64,000 bases of DNA from the UHGV virus genome UHGV-0367612; one strand, 5' to 3'. The notes under the pieces were generated by a model. The model had not been told where the DNA came from and ran no database searches. It worked only from the letters and a program-made list of their open reading frames with translations. Positions within the stretch are counted from its first letter, which is position 1. Each line of letters starts with the position of its first letter. This DNA comes from a virus. The translations under genes were made by a program, and so were the position numbers. Below, in pieces: positions 1-7,139 of this stretch.

Positions 1-509
1 CTCATGAACTCATCAGTGATAGGTCCAGAAATAACCTTATATCCAGGACAGTATACTTTTCCCAAAACTGCTTTTGCCATCTTTGCCCCTGATCTTAATA
101 GAAGGTCAAGAGTATCATCTTCTGGATCTGCTTCACAGAATTTCCTTATGTCTTCTTCCTCTATCCCAGAATAAATCAAAAGCTCTAACCAGAAATGAAG
201 AGCGTCTGAACATTCTTCGTTGAAATTCTGAAGGAAAGGCATCATCTTATCTCGGGTATCTCCTCGTGAGAATTGCATCATCAACTCATCATAGGATTCA
301 TAACCCTCTCCAAGCTCTTCAATAACTCTCCCCACAAAATCCTTGATTAAGGTTTGTGAAGATTTTAAATTCACATCTACTGGGTACTGAGGTAAACCTT
401 CTATCTTTATATAAGAGTTCAATAACTCTTTTTGTAACCTGTACATCTCAGTTAATCCTTGACCCATAGGATAAACCACTTCTACTTTCGAATAATCCCT
501 GATATCCAT
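1..509 (-). CDS. MazG-like nucleoside triphosphate pyrophosphohydrolase (all-alpha NTP-PPase), 5'-partial (runs off window)
   Basis: Minus-strand ORF starting at ATG (complement of 507-509) and open to position 1. Translation is MDIRDYSKVEVVYPMGQGLTEMYRLQKELLNSYIKIEGLPQYPVDVNLKSSQTLIKDFVGRVIEELGEGYESYDELMM...SDALHFWLELLIYSG. The EExGE ... D-x-L-helix pattern is typical of MazG and dimeric all-alpha NTP-PPases such as T4 gp56 dCTPase. Family call by eye only. Confidence 0.35.
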   Translation of the reverse strand, partial: MDIRDYSKVEVVYPMGQGLTEMYRLQKELLNSYIKIEGLPQYPVDVNLKSSQTLIKDFVGRVIEELGEGYESYDELMMQFSRGDTRDKMMPFLQNFNEECSDALHFWLELLIYSGIEEEDIRKFCEADPEDDTLDLLLRSGAKMAKAVLGKVYCPGYKVISGPITDEFM

Positions 510-511
510 TT

Positions 512-913
512 TTAATCTTTATTTGGTTTATAATACTTTTTAATTATCTCTCTTAATCTCTCTGAATCAATGTTTAATTCCCGGGATAGTTTTAATCTTA
601 TCCTGGCTTTGGAATAACCCTTAGACTTATACTTCTCAATCAATCTCTTGGCTTCTTTGGCATCCTTCTCATTCAAAAATTTGGCTTCATCCAAATCTTT
701 AAAATCTTTCTCTTTTGCCAAGAGCTCTCGTTGGAGTTTGTTATTTTGCATCTGAGCTATGGCACATATTTCGATGTCCCCACATATCTTACAATCCTTA
801 TCTCTTGGGTCATATTGTGTCCCAAAACATGGATCATCGGGTGTACCTATCTTACTCAAATCTATGGGTTTAGACAAATCTATGGTCTCTTCTTTTTTCT
901 TACTCTTTGCCAT
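512..913 (-). CDS. hypothetical protein with CxxC-type metal-binding cluster (CFGT...CKICGD..C), basic C-terminus
   Basis: 133-aa ORF. Cys cluster PCFGTQYDPRDKDCKICGDIEIC. Lys/Arg-rich coiled C-terminal half. Confidence 0.4.
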   Translation of the reverse strand: MAKSKKKEETIDLSKPIDLSKIGTPDDPCFGTQYDPRDKDCKICGDIEICAIAQMQNNKLQRELLAKEKDFKDLDEAKFLNEKDAKEAKRLIEKYKSKGYSKARIRLKLSRELNIDSERLREIIKKYYKPNKD

Positions 914-929
914 GTCTTGTTAATTTTTA

Positions 930-2339
930 CTATAATAGTTTTCCTTTGAACTCTTCTATAACGTTCAGGCCTTCATCCTTGTAATATCTTAGTCTATGCT
1001 TAGAGTGCCGCTTAAGATACTGTCCTTCATCAAAGAAATCGTCATAGTATGTTATCTTCTTTGACTCATGAGAACGGAGTGCTCTACCTAATAACTGAAG
1101 AGCTTGAATTGCGGAATCTCCAGAAGCCAGGTTTTGCATATATTGGATAAGAGGCATATTCTGTCCCACTTTTATGATCAGTGAGGCTACCAAGATATCA
1201 GTTTCTCCTCTCTTAAACCTGTTTAATTTCTCTTGCCTATCCTTCACTTCATGGTGGATATACTCTATCTTCAAATTTGGAAATTCAGATTTATACCTTT
1301 CATAGGTCTCCTCTACCTGTGTTATATATTTACATACTACCAAGATTGGTTTGTGTCCCTCTCTTAAATGATACTTGGTTGCCTCTATAGCTCTGTCCAT
1401 TCTCTCCACCCCATAGGTGATAGCCTTATCAAACTCGGTTTTATAATCAGCCCCAGGAAATAGTTTGGTGTTACCTTTTCTCATGGTAATGATAATATTA
1501 GAGGATACTCCCATTTCCACTAACTCCTTATTCCTTATGACAAAGGTTTCATTACCGAAGAAAGATTCAACTGTGATGTTCTTTACTTTGTCTTTGTGCT
1601 TTAATGCAGTACCAGATAAACCAACTCGAATAGGGATTAAGTATAGTTTATTTAATACCTTTCTAGCTGTCTTACTCGTAGCAAGATGACATTCATCATA
1701 TATGAGTACATTGTATTTACTTAATTGCTTCCAATACTTCTCTATATTTTTTGCTAAAGTGGGTAACATACATACCACTATATCTCCCCATTGAATGGTT
1801 TTTCCCTGCATGAATCCCCAGCTACTGAACATACCCGGTAGATCATCCTTAAATTGGTTATATAGATCCAGCCCATTCACAATTACCAAAGTCTTAGCCT
1901 GGTGAACTGAGGCATGGATTAATCCGGCTATTAAGGTTTTACCAGCGTTTGTTGCTGCTCCAACAATTCCCCTTGGAAAAGGTACTCCCCCACATGAGTT
2001 CTTCAGTATAGACCAAGCTGCCTTTCTTTGATACGGTCTTCTCTTTAAATCTCCAATGTGTACTGGCATAGCCGTTATCTGTGGTAGTTTCCTTAGGTCG
2101 TCAATCTCATAAGGAACCCCATGATCTTCTATCCACTGAATAACTCTAGGTAATAAACCAGTTTCACAATAACCTCTATCAGTTACCATGTGTACCATAC
2201 CATCCCAACCTTTTGGCATACTCGCTCTAATATAAAAAGCTTGTGGATGTCTGAAAGCCATTTCCTTGTACAATTTCGTAAGTACTTTAGGATCGCCTTC
2301 TACTTTGAACTTGTTGTTATTCAGTTTAATTGTTACCAT
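930..2339 (-). CDS. superfamily-2 DNA/RNA helicase (DEAD/DEAH-box, UvsW/RecG-like)
   Basis: Walker A GAATNAGKT, motif II YDECH (DEAH variant), motif III SGTA, and a C-terminal helicase-C-like region (ILVASLIIKVGQNMP...GRALR). Confidence 0.7.
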   Translation of the reverse strand: MVTIKLNNNKFKVEGDPKVLTKLYKEMAFRHPQAFYIRASMPKGWDGMVHMVTDRGYCETGLLPRVIQWIEDHGVPYEIDDLRKLPQITAMPVHIGDLKRRPYQRKAAWSILKNSCGGVPFPRGIVGAATNAGKTLIAGLIHASVHQAKTLVIVNGLDLYNQFKDDLPGMFSSWGFMQGKTIQWGDIVVCMLPTLAKNIEKYWKQLSKYNVLIYDECHLATSKTARKVLNKLYLIPIRVGLSGTALKHKDKVKNITVESFFGNETFVIRNKELVEMGVSSNIIITMRKGNTKLFPGADYKTEFDKAITYGVERMDRAIEATKYHLREGHKPILVVCKYITQVEETYERYKSEFPNLKIEYIHHEVKDRQEKLNRFKRGETDILVASLIIKVGQNMPLIQYMQNLASGDSAIQALQLLGRALRSHESKKITYYDDFFDEGQYLKRHSKHRLRYYKDEGLNVIEEFKGKLL

Positions 2340-2560
2340 TTACTCCACTCTTTTAAGGCTATGATTATAATTAATAACCCAAAGCCAGATATAAAGAAAG
2401 CGAAAGGTACCCACATAGGTGCCAAACACGTTATATAACTGGCATCTTCCATTCCCCATTCAAAGTACTTAGCTAAGCAGCAAAACATTGCTACCACTAT
2501 ACAAGTACCATAACTTAAGATCATGAATTTCATGAACCCATTTCTATTCTTCTGTTCCAT
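2333..2560 (-). CDS. small membrane protein (2 predicted TM helices)
   Basis: 75 aa with hydrophobic stretches ILSYGTCIVVAMFCCLA and WVPFAFFISGFGLLIIIIAL. Overlaps neighbours by a few nt. Confidence 0.35.
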   Translation of the reverse strand: MEQKNRNGFMKFMILSYGTCIVVAMFCCLAKYFEWGMEDASYITCLAPMWVPFAFFISGFGLLIIIIALKEWSKW

Positions 2561-3461
2561 CTTCTATTGATTTTAATTTTCCTAAATTTAACCATGACAT
2601 CGATTTCGGTTTCTGAGCTTTTACATTATTCTTTTTCATATACCTGTATAACCTCTCCACTGCTTTATCTCCAACGAACTGAGAGGGATAAGGTATATTA
2701 CCTGTGAAAGATAATCCCTCAAACTGAGCCCTCATGTATACTTCTGGTTTTATCTTTGATTCTGCAATGTACTCAGCTGCCTTGACAAACCATATCTTAG
2801 ACTCAGGTTTCTTGGATATATCATCCACTATACCAGTCTCATCTAGTACGGCCTTGTTATATATTTTGCATAGGATATCAGTTATATCCTTATGCTTATC
2901 TTCTTTCTCAGCCTGTTTAGCTTCATACTCAGTACATATCCTAGTATGTAGTGGTAAGAATTTATTCAAACTATAAACCCTCATTAACTTTAATCCGATA
3001 GTACAATACTCTATGAACCCCTCTCTTATTGGTATGTCAAAGTCTTCCACGAAATCCTCTGCATTAGAGGCTACCTGTTTTAGAGTTGCCCATTCCTTAC
3101 TGGTTGATGTGATAAGGTTTATTCCCCTATGTTTAAACTGTCTTCTGACCTTGAATAACATAGATGAGAATAATACTGCAGTATCCTTAGTTGTCACTGT
3201 TATCTTCTCAACCTTTTCCTCTATCTTTTTATTGCTTGCAACTACTGCTCTATTTGATAGAGAGTATGGGCTGGCATACTTTAATATTTGGCCCACTAAG
3301 TTTTCTTTACTAACATGAATAGTAATTACTCCTTGTTTAATTAACTTTTCTACTAGAATTGTCAAATTTGACCTTCCTATATGTATGCTTGGTTCATTTT
3401 TTGAGTATACTGTATTTTCTGCCATGATTAACATCCATTTTATAATTAATAAGTTCTCCAT
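2544..3461 (-). CDS. hypothetical protein (replication-module associated)
   Basis: 305-aa ORF. Start may be the internal Met (MAENTVYS...). No recognisable motifs. Confidence 0.4.
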   Translation of the reverse strand: MENLLIIKWMLIMAENTVYSKNEPSIHIGRSNLTILVEKLIKQGVITIHVSKENLVGQILKYASPYSLSNRAVVASNKKIEEKVEKITVTTKDTAVLFSSMLFKVRRQFKHRGINLITSTSKEWATLKQVASNAEDFVEDFDIPIREGFIEYCTIGLKLMRVYSLNKFLPLHTRICTEYEAKQAEKEDKHKDITDILCKIYNKAVLDETGIVDDISKKPESKIWFVKAAEYIAESKIKPEVYMRAQFEGLSFTGNIPYPSQFVGDKAVERLYRYMKKNNVKAQKPKSMSWLNLGKLKSIEDGTEE

Positions 3462-4407
3462 AAGTCAAGAACTTATGCTTCCTAATCCTCCTTATGGTTT
3501 CTTTTTTACCAAGGTCATTAACATCTAAGTAACTACCATCCTTCTTTTTATCTTCCCAGTATACCACTCTCACCTTCTTAAAGTTCACTAACTTTAATGC
3601 GAGGTTTATGCTTTCTATTAAAGCATCTGGGTCTAATAGTAAATCTATAGCCTCTACTGGAGAAGATAGTATAGTATTGATCTGCCACTCAGTTAACAAT
3701 TTCCCAGCTGTTGCTATGGCTGTATCCCCAATTGTCTCAGCGTTAAATGCTCCCTCACATATTTGGATTCTCTTGTAAATATATAAAGCCTCTATATTAT
3801 ATATCACGTAAGCTTTACCTAATCCCACATCATTAGCAATGGGGTTCTTATATTTTGTCAATCCCCCAAGTAACACTTTCCTGGCATTAAAGTATACCAA
3901 CTGATCGTGCATAATGTAAGGGATGATGACATAACCCTTATAAGGACCTGAATCACAATAACCAAATCCTTTCTGTGATAACTTAGCTACTGAGAATCCC
4001 CTTCTCTTTAGATACTCCCTACATTTCCTTGCTACCAAGTTTGTACCGAATATGATGTTGTGGAACCCTTCTGGGAGTTCTAAGCCTTTGACTTTGTTAT
4101 TTATGGTTAGCTCTGACTCTGGTAACTTTATGTGTAACATATCCCAGTCCTTTGAGAAAATTACTTCCCAAGCTTCTTTCTCTGTGTCTGAGTTAGTTAT
4201 TTCTTGTACAGCTTCAATTATAGGTTTATTATACCCACATCTAAAACAATGGGTATCACCAGTTATGGGTTTTACTCCAAATTTATCTTTGGCTCCACAA
4301 AAGGGGCAAGGCATATTAACCCAACCCCTTGCTTTAGGTTTACCTCCCAATGTATGAATAAACCAACCATATAAATGTTTGATTGTTTTCTTACTGTACC
4401 TCGACAT
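3394..4407 (-). CDS. DNA primase (DnaG-like: zinc ribbon + TOPRIM)
   Basis: CPFCGAKDKFGV...HCFRCG zinc ribbon at the N-terminus. TOPRIM-like ICEGAFNAETIGD and DLLLDPDA acidic motifs. Confidence 0.6.
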   Translation of the reverse strand: MSRYSKKTIKHLYGWFIHTLGGKPKARGWVNMPCPFCGAKDKFGVKPITGDTHCFRCGYNKPIIEAVQEITNSDTEKEAWEVIFSKDWDMLHIKLPESELTINNKVKGLELPEGFHNIIFGTNLVARKCREYLKRRGFSVAKLSQKGFGYCDSGPYKGYVIIPYIMHDQLVYFNARKVLLGGLTKYKNPIANDVGLGKAYVIYNIEALYIYKRIQICEGAFNAETIGDTAIATAGKLLTEWQINTILSSPVEAIDLLLDPDALIESINLALKLVNFKKVRVVYWEDKKKDGSYLDVNDLGKKETIRRIRKHKFLTYGELINYKMDVNHGRKYSILKK

Positions 4408-4921
4408 AGATTTCCCTCCTAATTATCCTGTCTATTGTCCTTCTGGATACTCCATATTTCTTTGCCAGCTCTGTATGTGTTGACTCACTTTCCCTTATCT
4501 TTATAACCTGTTTTTTGGTTAATTTAGATTGTGGGTGCTTACTACTACTCAATAAATATTTATTTCTCCCATCCCTTTTACATTGCTTCATATTTTCTGA
4601 CTGAGTTCCCCAGTATAGATTGTCCAGGTTTGAGTTCATGGGATTATTGTCTTTGTGACAAACCATAGGTTTATTACTTGGGTTTGGTATATAGGTTATA
4701 GCTAACAACCTATATAATAATTTAGGTACACCATATAAGTTTACCTTGGGTCTATACTCTCCTCTCTTACTTCTATATTTATATACAGAAATTTCTACCC
4801 AACTACCAGTTACTTTAGAAAATACCCTGCCCTCTTTGATTATTCTATAATCTGGATACCCAGGTATCTCTTTGCTTTTATCAAAGATCTCCTTCAGTAT
4901 TTTGTCCTCTATCTGCTTCAT
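4391..4921 (-). CDS. HNH homing endonuclease (NUMOD4 + HNH_3 + C-terminal HTH)
   Basis: EIPGYPDYRIIKEGRVFSKVTGSWVEIS matches the NUMOD4 pattern I-P-G-[FY]-x-x-Y-x-[IV]-S-x-x-G-x-V. HNH core VCHKDNNPMNSNLDNLYWGTQSENMKQ. C-terminal HTH ELAKKYGVSRRTIDRI. It is a paralog of the endonuclease inside the terminase intein. Confidence 0.7.
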   Translation of the reverse strand: MKQIEDKILKEIFDKSKEIPGYPDYRIIKEGRVFSKVTGSWVEISVYKYRSKRGEYRPKVNLYGVPKLLYRLLAITYIPNPSNKPMVCHKDNNPMNSNLDNLYWGTQSENMKQCKRDGRNKYLLSSSKHPQSKLTKKQVIKIRESESTHTELAKKYGVSRRTIDRIIRREIYVEVQ

Positions 4922-6284
4922 TTGTCTCTTCTTCAGCTATAAAGTGATTAAACTGTTCATCAAATTCTTTTCTCTGTGCAACACTTAACTCTTTGAACCT
5001 TTGCCTATCCATATCTGTCATGAATACCGCTCTCCCTCGTGGAGTACCATCTCTCTGGTCTATGATCTCTAACCTCTGTACTCCTGCCATTTCTTCATCT
5101 TCTGTTCTATTCAAACCGAATGCGGCGTTGGCATGACGTATGATCTCTATTGCTCCAGCTATATCTTCCCCTTCATACCTTGTCTTCTCATGTTTAGCCC
5201 CTAACCTTGTTACATGGTTAGCAGTCCAATGTACATCTATGTTATGTTTCAACATCACATTAGACATATCAATGTAAGCTTCTGAAATACGTTCTGATAA
5301 AGCTTCTTTTCCAGTGTTAGAACCCATCTTACCCATATAGTCTGTTACCAACACATTCGGATAAAATCCAAAATTCTCTTCAAGGTCAGTGATTAACCTA
5401 TCTACTGTGTTACCAGTAGTTACCAGGGCAGGTAATCTCCTCACCACTACCTCTCCTCCTAACCTTTTATACTTTCTAAAGGTTTTCTTAACATCCTTAT
5501 CATATTCTCCAGAGAGTAATTCCATCTTTGTTTTATTACTCATACATTGTTCTAACCTGGCCATGTATTCTTCTTCTCCATTCTCAAGGTCTATCACCAA
5601 TACCTTCTTTCCCATTTTCAAATACCCCACTATAACATTAACCAAGAAGGCTGTTTTCTTTTTCTTGGGTTTATCCACTATAACTATAGTAGCTCCCTTT
5701 GGATAACCTCCCGCATTGGTTAATTTATTTATCTGCCTAAATGGAGTGGGGAATATAGTTTGTACGTCCCTTCTCATTAACTGTCTATCTGATAAACCTT
5801 CAATAAGAAAGGATCTTGATAGATCCTCTACTATTACCCTTGGTGATATTGCTTTACTTACTTTATCCGAGAATGTGTGATATCTCTCAAAGTCAAGGAT
5901 ATCCATGGTTTCAATGGTATCTTTTAAATCCAGGTATTGGGCAAACTTCTCTGTTTGTTTAACGATATACTCAGGATCTTTTACACTACCCTTGAATAAA
6001 TCTCTAGCTAATGATCTCACATTATCTAGCTCGGATTCCAACAAAGATGATGTCACAGATCTATCTGATAACAATTTCCTTAGTTCTTCCATGTAAACAG
6101 CTTTACTGGGAACTTTCTTGTAGTTTTTGTAGTAATCCTTAATTACTTTTGCCAGGATAGTATGCTCTATTAATGTGAAGTAATCTTCAGAATACAGATT
6201 AACCACCTTATAACCTTCAGGATGCTGCAACGTATAACGTAATATCTCAAATTGAAAGTCTGTATCAAATTCAAACTTAGCCAT
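4881..6284 (-). CDS. replicative DNA helicase, RecA-fold (DnaB / T7 gp4-like)
   Basis: 467 aa with a P-loop-like segment GATIVIVDKPKKKKTAFLVNVIVGYL and a Walker-B-like VLVTDYMGKM. Sits next to the primase. Confidence 0.5.
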   Translation of the reverse strand: MAKFEFDTDFQFEILRYTLQHPEGYKVVNLYSEDYFTLIEHTILAKVIKDYYKNYKKVPSKAVYMEELRKLLSDRSVTSSLLESELDNVRSLARDLFKGSVKDPEYIVKQTEKFAQYLDLKDTIETMDILDFERYHTFSDKVSKAISPRVIVEDLSRSFLIEGLSDRQLMRRDVQTIFPTPFRQINKLTNAGGYPKGATIVIVDKPKKKKTAFLVNVIVGYLKMGKKVLVIDLENGEEEYMARLEQCMSNKTKMELLSGEYDKDVKKTFRKYKRLGGEVVVRRLPALVTTGNTVDRLITDLEENFGFYPNVLVTDYMGKMGSNTGKEALSERISEAYIDMSNVMLKHNIDVHWTANHVTRLGAKHEKTRYEGEDIAGAIEIIRHANAAFGLNRTEDEEMAGVQRLEIIDQRDGTPRGRAVFMTDMDRQRFKELSVAQRKEFDEQFNHFIAEEETNEADRGQNTEGDL

Positions 6285-6443
6285 ACTCTATTTTATGTTT
6301 TGTAATGTTCATTAGTTCCCCTGAAAGTCAGACACTTAGGGCATAATTTAATATATAATAGCATATTTTGTGCCTTAGGCTATCAACTTATTTATAATTT
6401 ATATTTATATTTGCACTACCAAACTATATAATAATTCAAGGAT

Positions 6444-7079
6444 ATGGAATTACACAGGCTAAAAGAAATGCAAGATGACTACGATGAAGAGTTATTTAAC
6501 AAAATCTACAAGGATTGTAGCAAACTCATGAACAAGCTCACTTTTGGTATTAACCCCCTCTACTATGGAGTTACCACTGATATTATCCGTAGTTGGTTTG
6601 ATGATAAGTTTATTTATGTTTATAATAAGTATTATGGTGAGATGTCGGATAAATCGCTCAAATCACATATCATCAAAGCACTACAACAATTCAGATGCAG
6701 AATCTTAAGAGGAGCTTACACTCAACATTCTGAAAAGAATATAGAAATGGTTAGGTTGGATGATGAAGAGTACCAACGTTATAACATGGATGTTATAGAC
6801 GATATTGAACCAGAGGTTGATGAAGAACTCCTATCTAAAGTAAAGGATTTTATGAAGCAAACATTGAGTGAAGATGCTTACTTTTTCTTTAATCTCCAAC
6901 TAAATCCTCCCCCAATGGTCTTATCAAATGAGAAAGAAACTTCAGATGAGAAATGGGCTTCATTCTTAGACTTACCACAAGAAGAATCCACTTATATATA
7001 CCTCGATAAATTAAGAGAAGAGATTTCAAGGGGTACTAAAAGATGCAGAAACAAATTCAAAGATCAGGTTACAAAATAA
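6444..7079 (+). CDS. hypothetical protein, possible transcription regulator transcribed divergently from replication genes
   Basis: 211-aa ORF preceded by TATATTTG (6406-6413), which looks like a -7 element. Acidic middle. No confident family. Confidence 0.4.
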   Translation: MELHRLKEMQDDYDEELFNKIYKDCSKLMNKLTFGINPLYYGVTTDIIRSWFDDKFIYVYNKYYGEMSDKSLKSHIIKALQQFRCRILRGAYTQHSEKNIEMVRLDDEEYQRYNMDVIDDIEPEVDEELLSKVKDFMKQTLSEDAYFFFNLQLNPPPMVLSNEKETSDEKWASFLDLPQEESTYIYLDKLREEISRGTKRCRNKFKDQVTK

Positions 7080-7081
7080 AA

Positions 7082-7105
7082 GGTAGGGATTAAATCCCTA
7101 CCTTC
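7082..7105. terminator. bidirectional rho-independent terminator between convergent genes
   Basis: Perfect hairpin aggtagggatt-TAA-atccctacct lying between the stop of the 6444-7079 (+) gene and the stop of the 7140-9761 (-) gene. Confidence 0.5.
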
Positions 7106-7139
7106 ACCATTAATCACCAATATAATAAGAGAAAACACG

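Noticed and set aside
6290-6443. Divergent intergenic region as a possible origin of replication
   Set aside because: It is AT-rich and contains a -7-like TATATTTG element. No iterons or clustered repeats were seen, so it is more simply explained as paired divergent promoters.
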